A stretch of DNA of 64,000 nucleotides, taken from the NCBI GenBank assembly GCA_965205975.1, contig OZ242195.1, positions 2,656,001-2,720,000 of the forward strand, in the 5' to 3' direction. Every line of letters starts with the position of its first letter. The first letter of the stretch is position 1. The notes under the pieces were generated by a model that was given only the letters and a program-made list of their open reading frames with translations, ran no database searches and was not told the origin of the DNA. A program made the translations under genes and the position numbers. Source of the stretch: Candidatus Latescibacterota bacterium. GTDB taxonomy: Bacteria; Latescibacterota; UBA2968. Below are positions 28,034-38,490 of this stretch, piece by piece.

Positions 28034-29029
28034 ATGCACTCTCCAATACGCATCGCACAAATCGGCCTTGGGCCACTCGGCCAGATGCTCACCCCCTATC
28101 TGGCAAAACGATCGGGCATTGAAATCGTCAGTGCCGTTGACATTGACCCATCCAAAACAAATCGCGATCTGGGCGAAGTGAGCCAATGCGACCCCCTCGG
28201 CATAGCCATCACCGACGATCTCGACAGGGGATTGGCCGACGCAGACCTCGCCGTAGTGACAACCGTATCAGAACTCCAACGCATCGCCCCCACATTAAAA
28301 GAAATTATCGACCGGGGCGTCAACATCGTCTCGACCTGCGAAGAACTGTCTTATCCCTGGACAACACAACCCGAATTATCCGCAACCATCGACACCTGGG
28401 CAAAAGAACGCGACGTCTCAGTCCTCGGAACCGGCATCAACCCCGGCTTTCTCATGGACTTCTTGCCCACAGCGGCCACCGGCGTGTGTCACACCGTGCA
28501 ATCCATACGCATAGAACGCACCCAGGACGCCTCTGCGCGCCGTCTCCCCTTTCAGCAAAAAATAGGCGCGGGACTCACAGTTGAAGAATTCCAGAACCTC
28601 GTCGCCCAACAAAAAATCCGCCACGTCGGCCTCACCGAATCCATGCACATGATCGCCGCGCGACTGGGATGGCAACTCGACCACACCGAAGACATCGTAG
28701 AACCCGTCCTCGCAAAACCGGGGCATTGTGCAGGCGTATTGCAAACGGGACGGGGATACCACAACGGGCGGGAAGTCCTCACCCTCATCTTCAAAGCCGC
28801 CGTCGGACAACTAATACACAATGGCGACTCAATCGAATCTCAGGAGCGCATCCAGATCAATGGCACACCCGCTTACGACCTCATCATACCCGGCGGCATC
28901 AACGGCGACATCGCCACCTGTGCAGTCATCGCCAATGCCATCCCAATAGTCGCATCTGCCGCACCCGGACTGCGCACCATGATCGACATCCCCCCACTCT
29001 CCTGCGCTCAAGAAATCCCCGAGGGATAA
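28034..29029 (+). CDS. DapB-like NAD(P)-dependent amine dehydrogenase (2,4-diaminopentanoate dehydrogenase family)
   Basis: Rossmann GLGPLG, NIVSTCEEL.YP, GTGINPGF.MD, KIGAG, HVGL.ES, GGINGDIAT. Confidence 0.82.
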   Translation: MHSPIRIAQIGLGPLGQMLTPYLAKRSGIEIVSAVDIDPSKTNRDLGEVSQCDPLGIAITDDLDRGLADADLAVVTTVSELQRIAPTLKEIIDRGVNIVSTCEELSYPWTTQPELSATIDTWAKERDVSVLGTGINPGFLMDFLPTAATGVCHTVQSIRIERTQDASARRLPFQQKIGAGLTVEEFQNLVAQQKIRHVGLTESMHMIAARLGWQLDHTEDIVEPVLAKPGHCAGVLQTGRGYHNGREVLTLIFKAAVGQLIHNGDSIESQERIQINGTPAYDLIIPGGINGDIATCAVIANAIPIVASAAPGLRTMIDIPPLSCAQEIPEG

Positions 29030-30910
29030 ATGCCTCCTATTCTAAGCGATTTTGACCTGCACCTGCACGGCGAAGGCAATCACCATAACATCTACGACTG
29101 CCTCGGCGCACACCCCACAGAAAAAGGCGTACATTTTGCCGTGTGGGCACCCAATGCTCAGCGCGTAAGCGTGGTTGGCGACTTCAACGCCTGGAATGGA
29201 TGCCAGCACCCCATGCAAAACAGAGGTAGCACAGGTGTATGGGAACTCTTCATCCCCGACCTGATGCCCGGCACCCTCTACAAATACGAAATCAAAACCC
29301 AAAACGGCGATATCTTTACCAAAAGCGACCCCTACGCCTTCTGTATGGAACACCGCCCGCACACAGCCTCTGTCGTGTACCAGCCCGACGATGCCCTGTG
29401 GTCCGATGCCGATTGGCTGCAAACCCGCCAGAAAAGAGACCCATACACAGAACCAATCGCCATATACGAAGTACACCCCGGCTCATGGCGGCGCAACCCA
29501 CACGAAAACAACCGGCCGCTCACCTATCGCGAACTCGCGCATGAACTCGTCGAATACATCCTCGAAATGGGCTACACCCACATCGAACTCCTCCCCATCA
29601 TGGAACATCCCTTAGACGAATCATGGGGATATCAGGTCACGGGCTACTACGCGCCAACCAGCCGTTTTGGTACGCCAGACGATTTCAAATACCTCGTCAA
29701 CCACTGCCACATCCACGGCATTGGCGTCATTCTCGACTGGGTACCCGCACACTTCCCAACAGACGCGCATGGACTCGCGCAATTCGACGGTTCTGCCCTG
29801 TACGAACACGCCGATTCGCGGCAAGGAACACACCCCGATTGGGGCACCTTAATTTTCAACTACGGACGCAATGAAGTACGCAATTTTCTCATTGCCAATG
29901 CTCTCTTCTGGATCGAAAAATATCACATCGACGGCTTGCGCGTCGATGCGGTTGCATCCATGCTCTACCTCGACTATTCGCGCAAAGAAGGCGAATGGAT
30001 CCCCAACCAATATGGCGGCAGAGAAAATTTAGACGCCATCGCCTTTATGCACCAACTCAACACCCTCATCCACGAAAAGTTCCCGGGCGTCTTGATGATT
30101 GCCGAAGAATCGACCTCCTGGCCCGGCGTCTCCCGCCCCGTTTATCTGGGTGGCCTCGGCTTTGGATTCAAATGGAACATGGGCTGGATGAACGACACCC
30201 TGTCCTATATCTCCAAAGAACCGATCCACCGCAAATACCACCACGACAACCTCACCTTTGGCCTCGTCTATGCCTTTCACGAAAACTTCATCCTCGTACT
30301 CTCCCACGACGAAGTCGTCCACGGCAAACGCGCCCTCATCGACAAAATGCCCGGCGACCGCTGGCAAAAATTCGCCAATCTGCGCGCCTTTTACGCCTTT
30401 CAATACGCCCATCCCGGCAAAAAGTTGCTCTTTATGGGCGGCGAACTCGGTCAATGGCAAGAGTGGAATTCACAGGAAAGCGTACACTGGCACCTGCTCG
30501 CAGAACCCGACCACGCGGGCCTGAAACGCTTTGTAAGAGACCTCAACACCCTCTATCGGGGCGAACCGGCACTCTACGAACGGGATTTTGAACCCGAAGG
30601 CTTTGAATGGATCTCGCTCCACGACGCCTCAAACAGCGTCCTATCCTTCCTGCGCCGCGCGCGATCACACGATGCCCCTTTAATTTTTGCCTGCAACTTT
30701 ACCCCCGTCCCAAGAGAAAACTACCGCATAGGCGTACCCACCCCAGGCACCTACCGCGAACTCATCAACAGCGACGCCGAACGCTATGGCGGCAGCAACA
30801 TGGGCAATCTCGGCACCGTCCAAACCGAACCCATCCCAAGTCACGGACATCCGCAATCCCTGCAAATCACCCTTCCCCCACTCGCCGCTGTCATGTTCAA
30901 ACCCGGGTAA
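29030..30910 (+). CDS. glgB: 1,4-alpha-glucan branching enzyme
   Basis: [45 protein letters not shown]. Confidence 0.97.
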   Translation: MPPILSDFDLHLHGEGNHHNIYDCLGAHPTEKGVHFAVWAPNAQRVSVVGDFNAWNGCQHPMQNRGSTGVWELFIPDLMPGTLYKYEIKTQNGDIFTKSDPYAFCMEHRPHTASVVYQPDDALWSDADWLQTRQKRDPYTEPIAIYEVHPGSWRRNPHENNRPLTYRELAHELVEYILEMGYTHIELLPIMEHPLDESWGYQVTGYYAPTSRFGTPDDFKYLVNHCHIHGIGVILDWVPAHFPTDAHGLAQFDGSALYEHADSRQGTHPDWGTLIFNYGRNEVRNFLIANALFWIEKYHIDGLRVDAVASMLYLDYSRKEGEWIPNQYGGRENLDAIAFMHQLNTLIHEKFPGVLMIAEESTSWPGVSRPVYLGGLGFGFKWNMGWMNDTLSYISKEPIHRKYHHDNLTFGLVYAFHENFILVLSHDEVVHGKRALIDKMPGDRWQKFANLRAFYAFQYAHPGKKLLFMGGELGQWQEWNSQESVHWHLLAEPDHAGLKRFVRDLNTLYRGEPALYERDFEPEGFEWISLHDASNSVLSFLRRARSHDAPLIFACNFTPVPRENYRIGVPTPGTYRELINSDAERYGGSNMGNLGTVQTEPIPSHGHPQSLQITLPPLAAVMFKPG

Positions 30911-31081
30911 ACGACATACATGTTCTCCTTGCACATCAAGCATAACGTTAGTAAAATATCAACATAGAAAACTATATTGGGCTGATCTCTATACTGCTTC
31001 AACCAATCTCTCCCCACAGTATCTCTTTCGTCATATAAAATTTATTTTTTCTGTTTCCATACTCACAATTTGGGGGATTCA

Positions 31082-32134
31082 ATGTCCAGGAGTGAGGGTT
31101 TTCAGATCGCTGATGTGACTATCTTTAACCAGGATGTTTTGGAATTATATGACCGCTGGAAAACACCAGATGTAATTGTTTCTGATGGAGGTTATGGTGT
31201 ATCCGGCTTTAAGAAAGATGCGAAAGAGCCTTCGACGCTAACAGCCTGGTATCAACCACACATTCAAGCATGGTCCCAACATTCCAGACCTGGTACGACA
31301 CTCTGGTTTTGGAATACAGAAATCGGATGGGCGACTGTACATCCTCTGTTAGATCGCTCTGGATGGGACTATGTGTGCTGCAATATTTGGAATAAGGGCA
31401 TACAGCATATAGCTGGAAACTGCAATCTTCCAGCTCTAAAAGGTTTTCCAATTGTCACAGAAGTCTGCGTCCAATACGTTAGACGTCCAGAATTTCAAGT
31501 TGAAGACCAGATATTGACCTTGAAGAGATGGTTGCGATTTGAATGGGAGAGAACCCAACTCCCTTTATACAAAACCAATCAAGCATGTGGTGTGGCCAAT
31601 GCTGCAACACGGAAGTATTTTACAAAAGATCATCTGTGGTACGCACCTCCTCCCGAACTTTTTGCAAAACTGGTATCCTATGCAAATCAACACGGCGAGG
31701 AAAGTGGTAAGCCTTATTTTTCCGTGAATGGAAAGGAACCCCTTACACAAAAAACATACGAACATTTCTTTGCAAAATTTAAGGGCAAATACGGTATAAC
31801 CAATGTTTGGGATCACCCTCCGCTTCACAATCGTGAAAGAGTCAGATTGCCGGGATCATCAAAATATGCCCATCTAAATCAGAAGCCGCTACAACTGGTG
31901 AAAATGCTGCTGGAAGTATCGTCTGATCCCGGTGGCGTTATTTGGGAGCCATTTGGAGGTCTATGTACTGCTGGAATGGCTTCATATCTTACCGAAAGAC
32001 ACGCTTACTGCGCCGAAATTGACAGTGAAATTTACCAGATAGCAGTTGATCGAATAAAATCACATTCCGTTCCACTGCTTGACGTATCTGAAAAAAATAA
32101 GGCAAACAAAGGAGCCGTAGATATCTATGCCTGA
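31082..32134 (+). CDS. N4C/N6A DNA methyltransferase (beta-class motif order) with variant motifs
   Basis: Motif IV-like VSDGGYG near the N-terminus; H.NQKP; motif I-like IWEPFGGLCT; AEID. Confidence 0.82.
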   Translation: MSRSEGFQIADVTIFNQDVLELYDRWKTPDVIVSDGGYGVSGFKKDAKEPSTLTAWYQPHIQAWSQHSRPGTTLWFWNTEIGWATVHPLLDRSGWDYVCCNIWNKGIQHIAGNCNLPALKGFPIVTEVCVQYVRRPEFQVEDQILTLKRWLRFEWERTQLPLYKTNQACGVANAATRKYFTKDHLWYAPPPELFAKLVSYANQHGEESGKPYFSVNGKEPLTQKTYEHFFAKFKGKYGITNVWDHPPLHNRERVRLPGSSKYAHLNQKPLQLVKMLLEVSSDPGGVIWEPFGGLCTAGMASYLTERHAYCAEIDSEIYQIAVDRIKSHSVPLLDVSEKNKANKGAVDIYA

Positions 32135-33062
32135 TGTTCCGATAAAGTTTGAACCAGACCCCGAATGGCCCCACTTTAAGGTGTGGGAGCGAATAGATGA
32201 TGTTATCTACTCAATTCCCGCTCACTTCGAAACAGAATTGCTCATAAAAGGAATCAATGTCACTGAAATATTTTCAGTTGGAGGCGCATTTGCTTCAGTC
32301 GTCGAAAACCAGGTTGTAAATATACTCAACAGTTTGCGAAATATATGGGATCCAGATAGCGAATATGCTGATTATGCGTTTGTCAGACAATCTCAGACTT
32401 TTCCCGATGTTTTGCTGAGAAGTCTTAGAGATGAAAATGAGATCCTATTCGGTATTGAACTCAAATCCTGGTATGTACTCAGTAAAGAAGGTGAACCGAG
32501 TTTCAGATATCAGGTGACACCTGACGCCTGTGCCCCTGCTGATTTTATTGTCATTATTCCCTGGCTATTGTCAGAAGTCATTTCAGGTACACCCAAACTT
32601 CTGATTCCTTACAAAGAATCGGCCAGATTTGCTGCTGAGTACCGAAATTACTATTGGCAAAATTCACGCCAAGAGAGGGATGAAAATCCCGACATCCAAG
32701 CACCACCTGAAGAGTATAGACATCCTTATCCGAGCAGCAAGCAAGAATCATCTGATAAAGCCGCAGCAGATAAGGGTGGCAATTTTGGCAGGATTGCCAG
32801 AGCGGGAATTCTCGATACATTCGTAAACAAGATCAAATCCCTTGATTATTTGGGAATAAAAATTATCCATTGGATTATGTTTTTCAAGGCGATTTCAGAA
32901 ACCAGTACAGATGAACAAATCGGCAGAAGACTACAAACATTAAAATCTCAAATTCAGGCTGATATGAGTGAATCTGAAAAAGATAAAAAGAGCTTTGAGT
33001 ATAAAGAGTCGTTCTCTGATTTAATACAACAACTCGAAGACCTATGGCAAAAATCTTCGTGA
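32127..33062 (+). CDS. Putative type II restriction endonuclease (PD-(D/E)xK)
   Basis: FPDVLL...GIELKSW; overlaps the methyltransferase by 8 bp. Confidence 0.7.
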   Translation: MPDVPIKFEPDPEWPHFKVWERIDDVIYSIPAHFETELLIKGINVTEIFSVGGAFASVVENQVVNILNSLRNIWDPDSEYADYAFVRQSQTFPDVLLRSLRDENEILFGIELKSWYVLSKEGEPSFRYQVTPDACAPADFIVIIPWLLSEVISGTPKLLIPYKESARFAAEYRNYYWQNSRQERDENPDIQAPPEEYRHPYPSSKQESSDKAAADKGGNFGRIARAGILDTFVNKIKSLDYLGIKIIHWIMFFKAISETSTDEQIGRRLQTLKSQIQADMSESEKDKKSFEYKESFSDLIQQLEDLWQKSS

Positions 33063-33167
33063 AACAGCCGCAGATTCATCTGATATTCTGGTAGCTTGAC
33101 CACATGTTCAACCCTCTACCCTGTATAACAAAATGAAAAACTGAATATCAAGCGTCCCTGATTACCG

Positions 33168-33197
33168 TCCGTATATGGATTATAGTCCATATACGGA
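33168..33197. repeat. Near-perfect 30-bp palindrome
   Basis: TCCGTATATGGA-TTATAG-TCCATATACGGA. Confidence 0.75.
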
Positions 33198-33439
33198 TGT
33201 TTAGATATAACTATTTATTAATCAATAACATAAGAGCCAGTCTGAATTTCTTTTGTACCGTATACGGGATACAAGGGGGACTGTAGCTACCGAGACGAAA
33301 ACACAGGCGAGATCCGCGTTACCGGTGAGAACACAGAAACGCAGGTATGGCGACATCGGGGTGGAGCCGGGTCGAAAGCGCGCATCATCGTGGAAACAGC
33401 GAGGTGACCGCAGGCAAAATTGATGAAAGGAGGGACAAG

Positions 33440-34255
33440 ATATATCGTCACAGTATTTGTGCAGGTGTATTAATTCTTCTGAGCCTTCCTCTATGGTCCC
33501 AACAGAACACCGGGAATAGTGCGCCTTCACCTGGAGAAACTTTCCAAGATTGCGACGAATGTCCAAAGATGGTTGTCGTGCCATCGGGAGTGTTCACGCT
33601 GGGGTCACCCAAGCGTGAGGGGGGTGATGATGATGAAAGACCGATGCGCAGGGTGCGTATAGATTACCGGTTTGCGGTGGGCGTATATGAGGTGACATTT
33701 GCCGAATGGTATGCCTGTATAGATGCAGGAGGTTGTGGAAGCTATGTGCCGGATGATGAGGGCTGGGGACGTGGAAATCGTCCCGTAGTCCATGTGAGTT
33801 GGAAAGATGCGCAGTCTTATGTTAGTTGGTTGTCATCCTGGACGGGTAAAACGTATCGTTTATTGAGTGAATCGGAGTGGGAGTATGTGGCGCGCGCAGG
33901 CACAGAGACAGCGTATAGCTGGGGGGACAGCATAGGTGTCAACCGCGCCAATTGTGACGGTTGTGGCAGCCAGTGGGATGATGAGAAGACAGCGCCAGTG
34001 GGATCATTCGTAGCCAATGCCTGGGGCGTGTACGATATGCACGGCAATGTGTGGGAGTGGGTTCAAGACTGCTATAATGACAGCTATGAAGGCGCACCTA
34101 CAGACGGATCTGCGTGGGAGTCTGAGGACAGCTCTTATCGCGTATTGCGTGGAGGTTCGTGGCGCAGCATTACGAGGAATTTGCGTTCGGCGAATCGCGA
34201 CAAGGGCATTATCCGGTCCTCCGTCCGCGGTTTTCGAGTTGCCCGGGATCTTTGA
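33440..34255 (+). CDS. FGE-sulfatase/SUMF1 (CLec-fold) domain protein, paralogue 1; start codon reads ATA
   Basis: CPKMVVVP.G, YEVT, RPVV.VSW.DA, RLLSESEWEY.ARAG, DMHGNVWEW, RGGSW, GFRVARDL; signal peptide as in paralogue 3. Confidence 0.88.
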   Translation: MYRHSICAGVLILLSLPLWSQQNTGNSAPSPGETFQDCDECPKMVVVPSGVFTLGSPKREGGDDDERPMRRVRIDYRFAVGVYEVTFAEWYACIDAGGCGSYVPDDEGWGRGNRPVVHVSWKDAQSYVSWLSSWTGKTYRLLSESEWEYVARAGTETAYSWGDSIGVNRANCDGCGSQWDDEKTAPVGSFVANAWGVYDMHGNVWEWVQDCYNDSYEGAPTDGSAWESEDSSYRVLRGGSWRSITRNLRSANRDKGIIRSSVRGFRVARDL

Positions 34256-34474
34256 CCCTTTTGTAGGAAGAGAGGAATGGGTTTTTTGGGGGCGGTTTGG
34301 GGAGTACGATTTTTGAGGAAAGTGTTATGGGATTAGCAAGAGATGTTTTCCCTAAATACTAAACGCAGAGGAATTTCAAAATGTCAAAAAATTCAGGCAC
34401 ACCTGATCACAAGCGAAGCCTTTTGGTCGTTTTCTCGGCCCTGCCGTTTCCTGCTATCCATGGGAGGATGAACG

Positions 34475-36055
34475 ATGAGTAATGATTCCGAGAACGGCAA
34501 CAAATTCTGGAAGAAAGTCGTCCCTCTATTGCATTACGTCCTTTATTTTGTCGCCCTGATCGCGATACTTGTGTCGGTTCTGATCCCACTTCTAATTCCA
34601 TTTCTAATTCTAAGCGTTGAGTTATGGAAACCGGAGCTATTTGAACCCTACAAAGAATTCACAAAATATAAACAATGCGTAATTGGGATTATTATCCTGC
34701 TCGTCGGCGTGGGGCTGTTGTCTTTTCTGCTTCAAAAATATATGAAGACTGATCCTGAAAAGGCTGACAAAACCCAAGATGTCTCCCCCTCCTGGGTGCA
34801 TCTCACTCTTCGTCTCGCCACTTGGTTTCTGTCAATCGTGATACTTACGGCTGTCCTAATTCCTTTTTTCACTCTAACCCTAAGTGTCGAGTCCTGGACC
34901 CCGGAGCTATGGGAATTTCTCAGAAAATCCATTGAAAGTGAAAAGAATTCAGAGCTATTAGGACGCCTCGATAACCTCAAGGAATTTATTGAAAATAAAC
35001 AACGGATAATTGCGATTATTACCCTCGTCTCCGGCGTGGGTCTGTTGTCTTTTCTGCTTGGAAAAAATATAGAAAGCATCCAGAATTCTCTATCAAATAT
35101 TAAAAAGGAGAATATCGAGATCTTCAAAATTTTAGGCACCACCAGACTGCCAAAAACAAAAAAAAAGGAAAGCCTGCCGGAGACCTATCGCAGTGTCGCA
35201 AAGGTCTGGCCATTTATGAGAAAGACATTCACCGAGTCTGGAAAGCTGATCTTAAACGTATTGATCTTGTGCATTATCTTTTTAAGTGGCTACGTTTCGG
35301 CAAAAACAGTCTTCTTGGAAAAGCTGGACGGTATCAAGAAAGATATAGAGGGCCTTTCGTATAATCTATCCAATGAGATAGAATCTCAGCGTCGCTATCG
35401 TATAGAACAACGCACATTCAACTATATATCGAGAGTTAAAATCGACACTCTGCAGGTTAAAATTACAGCTATCTCTGACACTACAGAGGTTGCGGGGCTC
35501 CAAATATCCGTGGATAGCCTTCAAATATCTGTAGATAGCCTCCATGCATCCGTGGATAGCCTTCAAATATCTGTAGATAGCCTCCATGCATCCGTGGATA
35601 GCTTTCAAATATCTGTAGATAGCCTTCATACATCCGTGGATAGCCTTCAAATATCTGTAGATAACCTTCATACATCTGTAGATAACCTTCACACGTCCGC
35701 AGATTCCCTTAAAGCAGACGCAGTTTATGTCTATTTCGGCATCGAAGATACTTTAAAAAAGAAGGAATATCTCAAAACTTCGGGATTCTTTATTTTTAAA
35801 AACTACAAAATTATAAATTTTCCCGATATCGACAGCAAAGGCGTCAAAAAAGTTGTGATAGGGGACACTATTCGTGTACAGGATAATCTCGCAGCTCTAT
35901 GCGATTATAAAGGCAGACTCCGCAAAGGCATAGAATACGCACTTATTAAGCCAGATAAATCGTCAGATAAACCCCAAACCCTTATCGTCTTTTCTCGTTC
36001 CTTGATCGCAGGACAACGCATCCTCGCTGTGATAAAAAATAAAGACAGTTCCTAA
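34475..36055 (+). CDS. Membrane protein with a duplicated TM hairpin, heptad coiled-coil stalk and C-terminal domain
   Basis: Internal duplication (..VLIP....LSVE.W.PEL..GVGLLSFLL.K) x2; 10 heptads of the LQISVDS/LHASVDS type. Confidence 0.75.
   Translation: MSNDSENGNKFWKKVVPLLHYVLYFVALIAILVSVLIPLLIPFLILSVELWKPELFEPYKEFTKYKQCVIGIIILLVGVGLLSFLLQKYMKTDPEKADKTQDVSPSWVHLTLRLATWFLSIVILTAVLIPFFTLTLSVESWTPELWEFLRKSIESEKNSELLGRLDNLKEFIENKQRIIAIITLVSGVGLLSFLLGKNIESIQNSLSNIKKENIEIFKILGTTRLPKTKKKESLPETYRSVAKVWPFMRKTFTESGKLILNVLILCIIFLSGYVSAKTVFLEKLDGIKKDIEGLSYNLSNEIESQRRYRIEQRTFNYISRVKIDTLQVKITAISDTTEVAGLQISVDSLQISVDSLHASVDSLQISVDSLHASVDSFQISVDSLHTSVDSLQISVDNLHTSVDNLHTSADSLKADAVYVYFGIEDTLKKKEYLKTSGFFIFKNYKIINFPDIDSKGVKKVVIGDTIRVQDNLAALCDYKGRLRKGIEYALIKPDKSSDKPQTLIVFSRSLIAGQRILAVIKNKDSS
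35498..35707 (+). repeat. Coding 21-bp tandem repeat, 10 units
   Basis: Units such as CTTCAAATATCTGTAGATAGC and CTCCATGCATCCGTGGATAGC. Confidence 0.92.
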
Positions 36056-36472
36056 ACTTCGGACAGCATGGTCATTGCCGACACTGATGCCAAAATTCAG
36101 CATTGCTTCAATAAACTCAGGCATAACGACTGAGTTATGGGTGAATATTCAACGGAATCACGACTTGGTGAGGAGTTGACCCAAAAAGATACCAAAGCTG
36201 TGAGCGGTGGGATAAAATTGGATCAGCTTTACGAGAATACTAAATACAACAATCGCTAAAGAGAGCCGCGAATGGTATAACACAATTGTGTCGAAATTGC
36301 TGACTGTTGGAACGGCATAGTAGCCGTCCCTTATAATGATATTGTGGTTTGTAGGGGTAGGGTGTCCCCTGTGGTCACCCGCTGCACGCGCAGCACAACG
36401 CGAGTACCGCTAATAATCATGATTTCAACCCCTTAATTGGCATATATAGGTGATAATGAAAGGAGATACACC

Positions 36473-37090
36473 ATGAGGAAAGTACTCAGTAGCTTTTTCA
36501 TTGTTGTCTTACTGGGATTTTTCACGGCTGCATCCACCCAACTGTCGCCAGAGATCTTGGTGGAGCCTGAGATTACTCCTGAGAAAACGTGTACCGGCAA
36601 ACCTGTAGGGTCCAGTTGTTGGATGGTGTTGGCCAACCAGCCTAAATGCCATGTCTGGAACCCTAACCTTCAAAAGAACGAGACCATGACTTGGTCTGGC
36701 GAGTGTTCCGGTGGCTTTGCCCAGGGCAAGGGAACACTCATTAGGAAGTATAGTAGTGGTAATTACGAGAAAATAGAAGAATCAACAGGACACTTCCAGA
36801 AAGGTAAGAAGCACGGACATTGGGTCATTCGCTACGCAGACGGGAAAGTAGAAGAAGGGCCCTTTATGGACGACAAGAAGCACGGACATTGGGTCATTCG
36901 CTATGCAGACGGAGATGTAGAGGAAGGGCCTTTTGTGGACAATAAGAAACACGGCCACTGGATCTTGCGGAGAGACGGAAATATAGAGGAAGGACGCTTT
37001 GTGGATGACAAGAAACACGGTACTTGGATAATTCGCTATGTGAACGGGAGTTTCAAAAAGGAGACCTATGTGAATGGCGAGGGACAGTGA
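36473..37090 (+). CDS. Secreted MORN/YwqK-like repeat protein
   Basis: Signal peptide; Cys-containing N-domain with WSGECSGG.AQGKG; four ~23-aa repeats KKHGHWVIRYADG.VEEGPF.D. Confidence 0.82.
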   Translation: MRKVLSSFFIVVLLGFFTAASTQLSPEILVEPEITPEKTCTGKPVGSSCWMVLANQPKCHVWNPNLQKNETMTWSGECSGGFAQGKGTLIRKYSSGNYEKIEESTGHFQKGKKHGHWVIRYADGKVEEGPFMDDKKHGHWVIRYADGDVEEGPFVDNKKHGHWILRRDGNIEEGRFVDDKKHGTWIIRYVNGSFKKETYVNGEGQ

Positions 37091-37214
37091 CGGCCTTTGC
37101 AGAACTGGCTGAACTGTTTTTTTGGTATTTTTCAATCGTCTTTTAGACGGGCAAGAATGCCTAGATTTCAACTCTTAATGGGGATATACAGGTGATAATA
37201 ATAGGAGAGACATC

Positions 37215-38273
37215 ATGCAGAGAGAGATCAGCAGTATTTTCGTTCTATTTTTACTGGGATTCTTTACGGTTACATCCGCCCAATTGCCACCAGAGGTCAT
37301 GGTAGATAAACATCTGATTGCGGCAGAACAGCTTATTGGTGCCGAGGACTATGTGAATGCATTCAATGTGATGAAAAAGATCATCGCATTGCAAAAAGAG
37401 CACGATCTCACCTTGCCGGACGAGTTCCTTTTCAAGTATGCACAGGTTGCTTTGAAAGCAGGCGAACCTGGGGCTACGCTTGATGCGGTGAGTCAGTATT
37501 TAGCCACAGCAGGGAAGAAGGGGCAGTTCTACAAGGAGGCACTGGCGTTGTTGAGTGAGGCGGAACAGATGATACCGCTGGATCCGGAGATGGTAGTGAT
37601 ACCAGCGGGCAGTTTTTGGATGGGCTGCGTGTCGGGTAAGCACTGCTCCAACAATGAGCTACCTGTGCATGAAGTGAGGATTGCATCGTTCGAAATGTCG
37701 AAGTACGAGGTGACGTTTGAGGAGTACGATCGTTTCACGGATGCGACGGGACGCGAGCGGGCAGACGATGCAGGTTGGGGTCGTGGTCGGCGTCCCGTAG
37801 TCAGAGTTTCGTGGCTTGATGCAGTGGCCTATACGCATTGGCTATCGTCTCAGACGGATAAGACCTATCGTTTGCCGAGCGAGGCGGAGTGGGAGTATGC
37901 TGCTCGAGCAGGAACTCAGACGATGTATAGCTGGGGGGATAATCCTAGTTACAACCGCGCCAATTGCGATGTATGTGGCAGTCAGTGGGATGATAAGATG
38001 ACAGCCCCAGTGGGATCGTTTGAAGCCAATGGTTGGGGTCTTCACGACATGCACGGCAATGTGAGAGAATGGGTGCGAGATTGTCGGAATAACAATTACG
38101 AGGGGGCACCGACAGATGGTTCTGCCTGGATGTTTGGAGACTGCTCTGAGCACATATTGCGTGGTGGTGCGTGGCACGACGGACCGAAGGACTTACGCTC
38201 TGCGTATCGCTTCAGTCGCTCTACTGATGTCCAATATAGGTTCCACGGTTTTCGAGTCGTACGGGATCTTTAA
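37215..38273 (+). CDS. FGE-sulfatase/SUMF1 (CLec-fold) protein, paralogue 2, with N-terminal TPR-like helices
   Basis: Signal peptide, helical domain, then PEMVVIPAG..RLPSEAEWEYAARAG..GFRVVRDL. Confidence 0.9.
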   Translation: MQREISSIFVLFLLGFFTVTSAQLPPEVMVDKHLIAAEQLIGAEDYVNAFNVMKKIIALQKEHDLTLPDEFLFKYAQVALKAGEPGATLDAVSQYLATAGKKGQFYKEALALLSEAEQMIPLDPEMVVIPAGSFWMGCVSGKHCSNNELPVHEVRIASFEMSKYEVTFEEYDRFTDATGRERADDAGWGRGRRPVVRVSWLDAVAYTHWLSSQTDKTYRLPSEAEWEYAARAGTQTMYSWGDNPSYNRANCDVCGSQWDDKMTAPVGSFEANGWGLHDMHGNVREWVRDCRNNNYEGAPTDGSAWMFGDCSEHILRGGAWHDGPKDLRSAYRFSRSTDVQYRFHGFRVVRDL

Positions 38274-38490
38274 CTCTTGGTTCTTTACATCTTTTTTGGG
38301 GAAGAGGTTTGAGGCAAAGGGTTTTACGATTTTTTTTGAGGAGTGTTTTATCAAGAGTTTACCTTTTGCCTGATCTATCAAGCACCAGCGCACATGAGAC
38401 TGGACCGGCATTGGAAGCGCATTGCCAGTTTATCCTGTGGCTGGTGACCTCGCTGGATCGTTTTCCGCGCTGTTGAAAACAGGAGGGATC

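Noticed and set aside
35498..35707. Possible CRISPR array
   Set aside because: The 21-bp units are contiguous with no spacers and are in frame within a CDS; no cas genes in the window.
36060..36350. Possible gene remnant or ncRNA between CDSs
   Set aside because: Only short hairpins and broken frames; nothing I can support.
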